NCBI GenBank assembly: GCA_001244265.2 | Contig: CDLV01000004.1 | Location: 2,914,001 to 2,978,000, forward strand | Origin: Microbotryum violaceum | Lineage: Eukaryota | Direction: 5' to 3' | Length of the DNA: 64,000 nucleotides | In this document: in pieces, positions 20,160 to 32,042 of the stretch | How the letters are laid out: the number at the start of each line of letters is the position of its first letter | How positions within the stretch are numbered: position 1 is the stretch's first letter | Translations under genes and position numbers: made by a program | Notes under the pieces: generated by a model | Databases searched by the model: none | Seen by the model: the letters and a program-made list of their open reading frames with translations, nothing else | Told to the model about the DNA's origin: nothing

Positions 20160-21621
20160 TTACACTATATGCTCTTCCCTTTGCACCACCACCTTCACAC
20201 CATCTCTTGCTTGTGGATGGAGGGCCCCATCATAAGACACTTGAAAAGCGGAGTTCTCTCTGATCGAGTCAAAAAAAATGCTGTCAGTAGTGGTTTGAAT
20301 CTGCCGAGTCAGCGTCTGAAGCGGAACTTGCCTTTCTTCCTCGAATAAAGGTCTTGGGTTCTTGGTCTTGGTGTGTTGCACTGCTTTGGCGAGAAATGCG
20401 CTTGCTTTGGAGTAAAGCGAGAGGGCCTCCACCCCGAACCCGAAGGCCGCAAAGAATACGACACCCGCGATGACGTCCGACCACGTTCCAATATTGGCTC
20501 GAGGCGGAGTTGACTCGATCAAAATCGAATGAAGCTTCCACTGAAATTCAACGCTGAAGTCAGTAAGCGATCAATACATTCTTCAGCTCTGCCTTAACCG
20601 TTGAACGTAGTGTACTGGCCAAGGAATTCGTATCTAGGTTTCAGACTCACTGGGGAATGAATATATATCCATGAATATTCAAGATAACGACCTGTGATGC
20701 TCAGATCGATGATAGTCCCGTACACGGCCAAAGGCATGGCTATGAGAAGGTAGGAGAATGAGAGAATCGCTAGTCGAACAAAACGGGCTGTTGTAAGCGC
20801 GGAGTGGGAGCCAGCCACCGCCCGTTGAAAGTTGCGCCTGTGTCGGATGAGACGATACACGGTGTATACTTCCCCAGTAGCAAAAAAAACCAGTAAGATA
20901 GTGCTGGAACGTATGGGGGACTTCCGTGTTGGAACGTACCGGAGTAGAGCACTGCGGCCGCAGCGAAGAGGGGCGGCCAAATGAATCGGAACACCAGAGT
21001 GGGCCAAGTCATGAGAGCTGTGACGTTGCAGCCATATCCCTTCACAATGGCGAACCTTGTTGGCTGCCAGACATAGTGGAAGGCCATTACAAGAAAGGGA
21101 ACTCCAAATGCGATCGAGTAGTCGAAGATAGCGCGGCGGCGGCGGTCGCTTTTTGTAAGTGCGGTCGCTCTCGGACTAACGATGTCAGCCAGAAAGCGTG
21201 CAACACAGAAAATGGAGGCCAGTCGCCCTATCTCGGCACCTATTCTGATCTGTGGTTTGGTATTCAGGGGTAAGTCTTCTTCAGTACACCCACCTAAAGG
21301 CGCGTCAAACTTGGGTAATGAAATCATCGCATGATTTGCTCTCACCTTGATGCTGATGTCGCAGAAAATTGGGGCTCGATTCAGGGCGTCTTGATACCAG
21401 ATAGTGAAGTTGAGCTGCAGTTTATGTCGAGGTTAACGTACACATTTAACCTTCCGATGTGATGAATGACTCACAAATGTGTTCAAATTTGCCAAGGCGA
21501 CCCAAAAACCCATGCAGATGGCGCCGGAATTGCCACTCGAAACCTGCCAGTACAGTGGGCCGATGTTAAGAGCGAAAAGCACGCCATTCAATACCACGAG
21601 CGGTAGGAATGCTGCCGTCAT
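20160..21621 (-). CDS. STE3: STE3-type pheromone receptor (7-TM GPCR, 374 aa), mating-type P/R locus; exons 21621-21475, 21414-21346, 21249-20940, 20868-20651, 20540-20160
   Basis: Spliced ORF is open: MTAAFLPLVVLNG...NSGAICMGFW...LNFTIWYQDALNRAPIFCDISIKIRIGAEIG...RRRRAIFDY...QPTRFAIVKGYGC...RFVRLAIL...YSWIYIH...FFAAFGFGVEA, all Ste3 hallmarks. Allele (a1 vs a2) not assigned. Confidence 0.95.
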
Positions 21622-21758
21622 ATTGCTTGATCGTGTCTTGGTATCGCGAAGTGAAGACGCGGAGGCATGGGATGCCCACGATCCCACGGCTGCCAATCCG
21701 CATTCTGGAACAAAGGAACCCGACAGGACAAAGCGGCAAGGCGACAATGGTCTTTTGG

Positions 21759-24700
21759 TAAGCTCGACCCCCTCCCTTAGGAGGGGCTTGCGCTAAGCTC
21801 AACTAAGCCCTCCCTCTGGGAGGGGCTTAGGACTTATCGGCGCGCCTGGCCCAGTTGCCCTCCAAAATTTCAGGGCCATTTTGGGGTGGTTCTCTGTAGC
21901 GTGGCAAGTACTTACAATTATCCAAAACGCAGAGATGTTATTGATCTTCTACTAGAAAAAATGGCCTGTGCCGAACGACAAGAGGATACCCCATCTGTAG
22001 GCGAAGCTATAATGATCTGAAGTGTGCAAACTTGGTCAATTTGGTCCCGAGTGGTCCGAGCGGCAACACGCTGCTGCAGCCGCCGGCTTGCGCACTTCGG
22101 CGTGTGCGCATCGGTTTCTCTCCCGTCGCATTCCGCATCACTCGTCTTCCCGGTACTATGCTCTTCGCTTGTTCTCGGTGCAACACCGCGCTTATCTCAG
22201 AATGACGCGCAACCGCAGACGCTATGACTCGACGACTCGCCAGGATCGCCGCCGTTCAAGCCGATCTGTTCGCCCTGTTTCGGCTTCACAAGCTCTCACT
22301 ATGTCAATACCTCTCGTGGTATTTCAGACCATCAACACAACACGATGGTGTTCACAATCATAGGACAAAGCTCTTCAACAGTAATTGGACCCGGCTCAAG
22401 CATGTACTTGATCTCATTATACAACTCCAACTCGCCCGCGAAGATGGCCCAGACGCACGAGGCCGAATCAATAATTGGATCGCCAACCAGGTGGGTAACA
22501 CTCCAGCATATCAGATCAGGATACAAGACCGCCGCAAAACCTCTTAAACACTTGCATCCTACCTGTGCAGTCTGACTCAATCAATGTGAAAGAGATGAAA
22601 CGAACCAAATCCGCCTTCGTCTCCAGCCACGACATGGCTCCTGAAGTCTTGGCATCTGATCAGATTGACGCACGCCTCGACGCAATAGTCGAAAGCAACT
22701 CTTTCATCAGTGGACGCATCCGCAACCTCTTGTCTCACTGCGGAGACCCACCACCAGTCGAAGAATCAAACTGCGACAAACTCGGCTCGGATTCTACGGA
22801 CGTTGACATGGAGGACGCTCAAGAGGATAGCTTTGGGTCGGATGCAGAACGGGGGTGTTTCTCATTCTCAAGGAGCAACATGTACCATTTGTGCGTAATT
22901 ATTGCCTGAGCTCAGCCCCTTGGTCAAAGTCAAATTGATGATGGCGTTTATTGACTTGCCGCAGCTTTGTCGCTTGATAATGGGTCAGATCGCCTTCGCG
23001 TGTAACCGAAGATATAATGCTATGCAGCATCGTGACGGTCTCATGGCTCTCGCATGTCGAGCGAACGATCGGTTGACGACGTTCCTGTACGACTGTGGCC
23101 TCACGACCTCTCGCCGTACAAGTCGACGAGCAGCTTTGAGCCTGACAATGGCCAATCTGGCGTTGCTGAAGGAGATCAGGTCAACCCGCTACTTCCATGT
23201 CACTCTTGACAACATCGACGTTGCACATCACGTCAATGACGAACACCTTGATCCACGTTCCGAGCTGCTTCATGGGACTTTCGGATATGCGCACGTTCAG
23301 AATGGAGACGTGGCTAACGCGTACGACCTTCAAGCATACATTGCGCATCAAGCGTTGTTACCTCCGGTCGATGTAAACCTTTTCTTGCCCGCTGAAGCGT
23401 CTGAGGAAGCCTTCGCCACAGGGTTTTCCGCCCAGATGTATCGAGCGCTTGCCCGACTGGTTCCTCATCTCGGCCTCACGCTTCACGATCCTCGGTGCAG
23501 ACCAGAGCCAATCGAACAACTGGATGTCCGAAAACCCGACATTACTTTGCTTAAGATGATGGACAAGATGATGGACGAATCCGATACATCCACCGCAGAT
23601 GTAGCAAAAGTTATCGACCGTCTGCGAATGCAACTCGGACTCTCGGAGAAAGAATAAGCGGACTCTATGGATACTCGGATGTGATGGCGGGACCTCAATG
23701 CTTGTCGAGTCACTTCGTAGGAACCGCTTTCCGTTTCGACGACTGTAGGATGGACTAGGGACTACAATTACAGTTCCAGGCGTGGCACATTTGCAGTGGT
23801 GCATTGGGGCAGCAATCTACCGACGATACTTTGGGGATCCGTTGGAAGGATCGAAACATCGAGGGTCGCTTTTCATCACCGCTAATCTACTTGGCCGCAA
23901 AGGACTGGACCCCCAAAAAATCAAGGACTACAACCAGATGGAAAGGCTGCTTCGAGACACCGCTCAACTGGAGCTGTTGAGCTGTCTTCTGTGAGTGATA
24001 TGGTCTCAAACTATGCACATAAAGCCAAGGGCAAAATGATGTTATGCGCTGCTAACAGCTCGTTCTGTTATGCATGCAGACAAGAACTTGGCCTCAAATC
24101 AATTGACGAGCTCAGACAAACCCACCTCACTGGACTCGACGTCGCGATCATGAAGATCTTCGATCGATACTTGCACTCTGACGCTGTGCAGCGAGCAAAG
24201 GTGAACATGGAAAAGACTCCCGTGTTCTATGAGTCGCTCCTTCGGCTGCGCGACTTGGTCGATTTCGAGGAAGGGTATTACGCCACTTTGCAAGGAGACA
24301 TTGGTCGACTCATACATTGTTGGGAGCGCATGTCTCCCTTCCTCCAGGCCGCTGAAGCCGTTTCCCACTACCGAACGCATCTGCTACACTTACTCCTTCT
24401 TAAGTCCTCGCCAAATTTGTCGACCAAAAGGAGTCCGAGCTTCTTGCGTAACTCAATCGGATCAAGGCGATCTTCTTGAGTTAATTGTGATCTCTAGTGA
24501 GCAGCCCGAGAGCAGCCCGAGAGCAGCCCGAGAGCGAGGGTTAGGCAGTTCGGGGGTTGTTTGGTTGATTGATGATCCCTCGATGTCGTTGGCTTTGCCC
24601 TCGAAACAGATCGTAAGGGCGACTCTCTGAACTCAATCGATGGAGACTGACGAGGTGTGCCCTTGAAAGGCGTTGGCGTTTGTACGGGCATGGTGGATCA

Positions 24701-25038
24701 TAAGGGCGGTAGCAACGTCGTGGACTGGCGTTGTGGACCGAAGGTGAGACCGATGAGGCGCGGCTGGCTGATTCACGTCGGCGCGAAGAACCGTCCCTCT
24801 GGGTCCGTGCGCGAGCCAGCTCCAAGTCGAAAATAACGACTTCTCGCCGCTGTAGCTCAATGAATAGGATTCCCAAGAGTCTTCCCTTGGGGTATATGCT
24901 CGAAAAAATAGCATAAGAGTAAAGCTTTTGCAACGATTGTATAGGTTGTTTTTATTTGCCATGCTACAGCAAGGTGGTACTTTTCTGGGCCAAATTTCGA
25001 TAGGCAACTCAGCCAAACGCGCGGATAAGGTACAAGCC
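21759..25038 (+). mobile_element. AcademH-like DNA transposon copy A, internally deleted; DUF6589-type transposase pseudogene ~22200-24420 (+), helicase 5' relic ~24490-24700 (-)
   Basis: TIR from TAAGCTC at 21759 and a related inverted end at ~24957-25038. Transposase motifs YFHVTLDNID, PGVAHLQW...RRYFGD and GDIGRL, with stops and frameshifts. Homologous to copy B. Confidence 0.72.
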
Positions 25039-25664
25039 TAAGCTCAACGCCCCTCCCAAAGGGAGGGGCTTGTGAGTTATCGGCGCGCTTGGCCCAGTTG
25101 CCCTCCGAGATTTTAGCCCTGAAAAGTGCCCCCTTGCTGTAGCATGGCATATTGGTGCTATCCGAAAACTGGAGGGATAAGTATTTACTTCATCACTATT
25201 GGTGAGGCTTCACCGAAGCTTGAAGTCTAGGAATGCTTGATCATCTCGCTACAGCAGCTTGAATCAACTGATTCCGAACGAGACGCAGGTCGGCGCACGG
25301 ACCAGTCGTAGTCCGGTCCGCGTCGAAGGCTGCATAGATCCAGGTCACTTGAGCCCGGCCGCGCCTCACGCATCCTCTCTCTCCTCCACTCAACATCGCA
25401 CCTCCCCTCATGACGAGCCGTGTCGGTACAAACACCCAGGCCGATTAGGAGACCGCCCTGTCGACATCCATCAATTGAGTTCAGGGCGCCTCCCTTGCGA
25501 TCAGCTTCGAGGGCCAGTCCTACGACCCCAGCACCGAATCATTCAACCAATCCGACAACCGACCTTCCTGCCGGCCGGCCCGTTCTCGGTCACTGGAGGC
25601 CACGTTTGACTCACGAGGACCGACGAGATTCCAGTGAATGACGCAAGAAGGTCAAAGTTATTCT

Positions 25665-28600
25665 TGTAGAAATTGAACAGCGATGTGCTGAACGAGTTGG
25701 CGGCAGTGGCAAGCCAATGAGTTCGTAATCAAGTGAGATTGCAATAAAGGAGTTCTTCACACACCTGAACGAGTTGGCGGCAGTGGCAAGCCAATGAGTT
25801 CGTAATCAAGTGGAGAAGAAGAAGGAAAGACGCGATTGGACGCGCGGCTAATACAAATAGAGACGCGCGCTAGGCAGATTTAAGGCAAGAGTAATCTACC
25901 TCAACACCCCCCTTGCTCTTGGCCTGAAATGCGGCGCAGACCGATGGCGGCACAATGACGCTGGAAGACTACTCGCGGCAGCGGCTTGGTGAAAATGTCG
26001 GCAACCATATCGTGGGTTGGGATGTAGGTGACCGAGATCTCTCCATTCCGAACATGCTCCCGAACGAAATGCTCCAACATGCGCAAATGTTTGGTGCGAG
26101 CGTGGAAGACCGGATTCTGGGTGAGCGCTATAGCTCCCCGGTTATCCCCGAGAAGACGTAAAGGGGACGACGTATCGAGACCGAGTTCGGTGAGGAGCGA
26201 GCGAAGGAAGACAGCCTCCTTGGCTGCATGCGAGAGGCCCAGGTACTCCGCTTCCGTGGATGAACAAGCTACGCGAGGTTGGAGACGAGATGACCATGAG
26301 ATGGCCCCACCCGCCAGTTTGAACAAGTAACCCATAGTGGACCTCGACGTCTGTATGTCCGATCCCCAGTCCGAGTCAGAGTACCCCTCGTACCCCAGCA
26401 GAGGCGCACTGGTGCGCGTGTAGTGTATGCCAAGATCGAGCGATCCTTTGATGTAACGAAGGACGCGCTTGGCCGCCTCGAGGTGAGTGTCGCCAGCCTT
26501 GCCGACGAAACGTGACAGATATCCGACGGAGTGGGCTAGATCAGGGCGAGTGGCAACAACAGCGTACATGAGTGAGCCGATCATGGAACGGTAGATGGCA
26601 TTGTCGGCGGAGTCTGTATTGGGTTCCGGCGAAAGCTGTAGGTTGGCTTCCATGGGTGACTTGCAGGGGTTGCAGTCGGACATGTTGAAGCGATCCAAGA
26701 CGTCAAGGAGGTATTGACGCTGGAGAAGGGAGATCCCGCCATCGTCGTGTCGTACGACCTGAACCCCGAGTACCCATTCGGCCGGGCCGAGGCGTTTGAC
26801 TCCGTAGAGGGTGTCGAGTTGGTCAAGGACTCGATCGATTTCCCCGAGATCCGGCCCAAAGAAGAGTAGATCGTCGACGTAGAGTGCAATGTAGTGATCA
26901 CCCCCAGCGTCCTCATGACGATAGATGCATTCGTCGCAGGCGAGGCGACGATAGCCGAGACTCGCGAGCGTGGCGTTGATCGTGTCGTTCCACACTCGAC
27001 CTGCCTGCTTGAGACCGTAGATCGATCGATGAAGGCGGAGGCATTTGCCTTCGTAGCCTTCGATGCCAGTTGGAACCCGCATGTAGATCTCCTCCCCAGC
27101 ACACCGTGAAGATAGGCCTTGTCAACGTCGGCTTGAATGATGTGGTGGCCCTTCGAGGCCGAGTGCGCGATGAGCGTGCGGATGGAGGTGTACTTAGCCG
27201 TGGGTGAGAAGGTGTTGTTGAAGCTGTTTGGGCCTTGTGCGCAGCCCTGTGCAACAATGCGGTTCTTCAGTGAAACCATCTTCCCGGCTTTGTCGCGTTT
27301 GGTTCGAAAGACGTGACGACTTGGTAAGATCGTAGCTCCTTTGGGCACGGAGGATAGTCCGACGACGCTGAACACCTTGAGATCGTCTTTCATCGAGCGG
27401 AATTCCTCAATGGCTCCCGCTTTCCATGCCGCGGCGTGAAGATGGCGCATGGCCTCATTCCACGTGGTGGGATCACTGCTCGGGAGCAAGAACGGGTCCT
27501 CTGGTTCCGAGAGCGGTCGATTCGCCGTCGAGGTGTCAATGCCCGCCGCTTCGAGATCAGCAACAAGTTCGGTTACCTCCTTGCCTAGAGAGAATGCGAA
27601 GGCAGAAGGGGTCGAGCGCAAAGATGCTAGGGCGCCGTAACAAGCTGGGGGTTGCGCGGGCGCGAACCCACGGGTGGCTGCCACGCGGGCCCCGGTGCGT
27701 CGAAACGTAAAGCAGCCGGAAGCTCCGCTTGGTCGGGGGGTGCCTGATTGGCATGCTGGTCAGGGAGTACAACGACTTCGTCATCGTCGTCGTCGTCGTC
27801 GTTGTCGTCGCCTGCGACGGGCGCGTGAGCTGCTGTGATGCCCTCCCGCCTGGCTGGGAACTCGTCCTCGAAGAATGTGACGCTGCGCGATTTGAAAACT
27901 TGTCTGCTAGCGGGGTCAAACAGTCGGTATCCCTTGGATTCGAGATCGTAGCCGACGAATACGAGTGGAATGCCCCGCGGATCGAGTTTGCTGCGCGCTT
28001 CGGTGGTAGCTGCCTTCCACGCTCTGCAGCCGAATACGCGGAGATGGCCGGCTGACGGCTTCGATCCGTGCCAACGCGTGTGTGGTGTGACGCCTGAATT
28101 TGCCGAGTGTGGTGAGCGATTTTTGACGTAGACATATGTCGCCAATGCCTCGGCCCACAAAGCGTGAGATAGACCCGACTGGTGGAGCATTGATCGGACA
28201 CCCTCGGTGATCGAGCGATTTGCGCGTTCGGCAACCCGTTTTGCTGAGGGTATCGGGAATCGAAAGCTGACGAGTGATGCCTTGTTCTTCCAGGAAGCTC
28301 GAGAACTCGTTCGACAAGAATTCACCACCGTTGTCGGAGCGGACTGCCAGGAGTTTTCTCGACGAGGAGCGCTCGACCTTTGCAAGCCACGACTTGAAGG
28401 CCGCAAAGGTATCGGACTTGTGCGACATCGGAATTGCCCAGAGATATCGGGTGTAATCATCGACAATGACGAGGGCGTATTTTGCGCCGCCTAACGACAC
28501 GGCGCCGTCGAACGCAAGAAGGTCCATGTGGACTCGATCAAGAGGCTGGGCTGAACGATTCGACGCGACGGTGGGAAAGGGTGATGTGTGATCTTCCCAG

Positions 28601-30312
28601 CCTGGCATGTATCACATTTCAAGTCTGCGTTCAATGCTACCTCCATGTTGACTCCCAGCACAGCCTCAGTTGAGATCAGCTGTCGTAGAGCGCATGGGTG
28701 AAGGTGAGCGAAACGTCCGTGCATGATGGAGACGGGGACGGCCGCGAACGCACGTGGGGACGCACCCGGTTGCTCGATGAGAGTAGTGACGTCGACTAGG
28801 GAAGCATGCATGTGGTACAAGCCGTTCGTGATCTCCCCGGTGTGGCAAATCGACCCGTCGACTGAGACCGTTGCTTTGCCTCGGGAAAGGTTGATGTCGT
28901 AGCCCGCGGCGTTGGCGCGACTGGCGGAGAAGAGGCTGACCGGCGCGCTGGGGACGAACAACGCGTGGTGGAGTTGACCGATGCTGCCGTCGAAGGAGCG
29001 AACGACAGCGGAACCGACGCCTTCGATCGAATTGACCGCCTCGCCCGTGATGCCCTCGAGCGGAGCAGGCTTGCACTTGCGGAAGTTGGTGAAACAAGCG
29101 CGATCGTTGACGATGTGATGCGTCGCGCCGCTGTCGAGGATGAGGGAAGGTTTGGCCAATGTGGACATCGCTGCGGTGAGGTATCCGCGGACCGGGCCGT
29201 CTACCAACGTCGAGATGTCGGGAGCAGCGGCGAGTGATGCGGACGGCGCGGAGGAGGCCTTGGACTTCTTGTCCTTGACGGGGCATTTTCGATTCCAGTG
29301 AGGACCTCCACAGTGTCGGCACGGAGCTGACGGAGTCGATGAAGATCTGTCCGTCGCGGTCAAGCTAGCTACCATCGCCACGGGCTTGTGTGCCGGCGTG
29401 GATTCAGCTTGAGTCTGAAGCGTTTGAAGCGCTTCAATCGGATCAGGGAGCTTGTCGAGGTCTTGACGGAGCGCTTGAGTATAGTACTCCTTGTAGAGGT
29501 CCTTGCCAAAGTGGATCAAGCGTATCGAGATGACCTGGTCAAAGGTAAGGTTGTATCCCGAAAGAGTGTTAAACAGCTCAATGGTGTTGGCTTGGTACTT
29601 CTCGAACGCGTCGACACCGGAGGGAGGCGGACCCGCATCGAGCAGGGCTTGGAGCTTGATGAAGATGTCGGTGACGGTGCCTGCTGCGACCGCTTTCTTG
29701 ATCATCTTCAAGACGTCGGTGGGAGTGTGATCGAATCCATCTTTGATCTGCTTCTTGATGTTGAGGGAGACCGAGCGCCTCAAGAGCGCGATCGCTTGGA
29801 AGTTGGCGTGCTCCAGGTCGGTGCGCGCGTTGGGTTTCTGAATGGGCGTCGCAAGCGTGCAGTTCCAATAGTCGCCCCGAGAGCTCCACGGACGTCGTTG
29901 ATCCATTGCGACCAGCCTCCCGCGTTGCGCAGGTGGCATGACAGGTCGATATCGCGGGGTTTGACATAGACGATAGAGGTTGTTCCCCCTGATACCACAG
30001 TGTCCGTATCACCGGGCATGATGACTTGATGACTCGAGTTGGCTGGGCCGCTACGTTGGGCTCGTAACCTGTAGAAATCGAACAGCGATGTGCTGAACGA
30101 GTTGGCGGCAGTGGCAAGCCAATGAGTTCGTAATCAAGTGAGATTGCAATAAAGGAGTTCTTCACACACCTGAACGAGTTGGCGGCAGTGGCAAGCCAAT
30201 GAGTTCGTAATCAAGTGGAGAAGAAGAAGGAAAGACGCGATTGGACCGCGCGGCTAATACAAATAGAGACGCGCGCTAGGCAGATTTAAGGCAAGAGTAA
30301 TCTACCTCAACA
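25665..30312 (-). mobile_element. Copia-1b: second full-length copy of Copia-1
   Basis: LTRs 25665-25906 and 30070-30312 (one substitution, one 1-bp indel), TSD ATTCT (25660-25664, 30313-30317). Nearly identical to 2278-6932, with several 1-bp indels, mostly in homopolymers. Confidence 0.97.
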
Positions 30313-32042
30313 ATTCTGGGCGAAAGTCTTGACGACTCGGACTCTCGGAGGACGTACCCCCGGCCCGTGCAGATCGAGGCCATTGCTGTACTTTTCAAAC
30401 TCAACCAATTTGGGAACCGGGATCGATATGACATTGTGTTTGTCACAGCGCCAACAAGTTCAGGCAAAAGTGTTATTTTCGAAGCAATGTATCTCATTTA
30501 TGGACGCCGGGCCGTCAGCATTGTTGTCAGTCCACTAAATGCACTGAGCAATCATCCGGTGAGTTTTTCTGTCGACTGGGCTTGCTGGACCAACATCCGT
30601 GCTGATTTCCGCAGTCACATGCTTCTTTCAGGCCGCCAATCATAATCGAAAGGGAAAGAAAGCGGTTGTGGTATCTGAGGAGGTCTGGAGTGACGGCAAG
30701 CTGTACAGGCAGGTGGACGACCCAATCACACGATCTCCTTCATTCTGATTGTATGTGCCGGTTGACCTCCTGTTTGAGTGAAGTACACATGTGTTGATTT
30801 GCCTTCCTGTTTGCTGCGTGTCAAGTCTCCTGAAATGCATATCAACAATGCAGCTTGGGCAAAGTTGATCTCTAAGGAGTCCTTTTGAGAGCGCGTCAAG
30901 TTGCCCGTCTATGACAAGGACAGGGGGTGGTGTGCATCGAGGACCGCGAAGACTGAGGCCAAGATGAGGAACCAGTCGAGCAAGCGCTCGATATATCTGA
31001 ACTTTGAGCCCGGTTGTAAATGACGAGTCGGATTGGGGAGTTGGGAGGAGATGCTGGAGATTACTCGCGGTAAAGATGCTTGATGTGCAGAGTAGGCTCG
31101 AAGATTGTAAGCGCCGGCAATATCTCCGTTCTGAATGTTGGCGTAACCAAAAGTTCCATGAAGCAGCTCGGTTGGTCGATCCAATTGCTGACCGTTGACG
31201 TGATGTATGACGTCAACGTTGTCAACGGTCACATGGAAGTACTTGTTCGAGCCAATCTCCTTCAATTCGCCTTCGTCAAGCTCGCAGCTGCCTGGAGCGT
31301 CGCCCAGCGAGATGTCAGTCGTCAAGCCGCAATCGTACAGAAATGTTGTCAATCGGTCGTTCGCTCCACATGCGAGAGTCATGATACCGGTGCGATGCTG
31401 CATGGCGTTGTTCCTTCGGTTGCAAGTGAATGCGATCTGACCCATGACACTGCGGTAAAGCTGCGGTAAAGCTGCGGCCAGCGTGTTGATTTTTGGTGTC
31501 AGTTCGCTGCGATACCCAGCCGAGCTAGGGTCAAAAACACTCACGCTTCATCTCGTTAATGATGATTGAGTCGGCCTGCAAGCGGATAAGGCAAGTATTC
31601 AGTAGCTTTATTGAATCCGGAGAATCAATCCGAGAAGTACGAAGTGTTATCCACCTGCTCGGCGATCCAGTCATTGATTGAGTCGGCTTCAAGTTCTTGA
31701 CTCTGCGCCATCCTCGCGTGCAAGTCGTAGAAAGAGAACATGTACACGCTTAAGGCTGGACCAGTTGCTGTTGAACAGATTTGGTCGGTGTGTTTGAACG
31801 CCTTCAAATCGTGTGGATGGGCTGAAGTACCACGACAGGTTTTGACATAGCGAGAGATCGCGGCTACAAAATTCAGCGAATACGGATCCGCCTCGCGGCG
31901 GTTGTTCTGGCAAGTTGATGAGGTATGGTGTCTGCTTGTTCGCGTTATTTTTGGTTTCAGATATTGTCGCGCTTGACGTGGCCGACGATCCTCGTGAAAA
32001 GAGGAGAACAGCGAAGCGTACGCAAGGGGATCAAGCCGAACG

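Noticed and set aside
22565-22909. ORF ending ...LCVIIA near STE3 as a possible lipopeptide pheromone
   Set aside because: The Cys is fifth from the end, so this is not CAAX; the ORF lies inside the Academ-like transposase region.
30367-30645. RecQ-like helicase as a host gene
   Set aside because: Truncated, interrupted by Copia-1b and enclosed by TIRs opposite a transposase, so it is treated as transposon-encoded.
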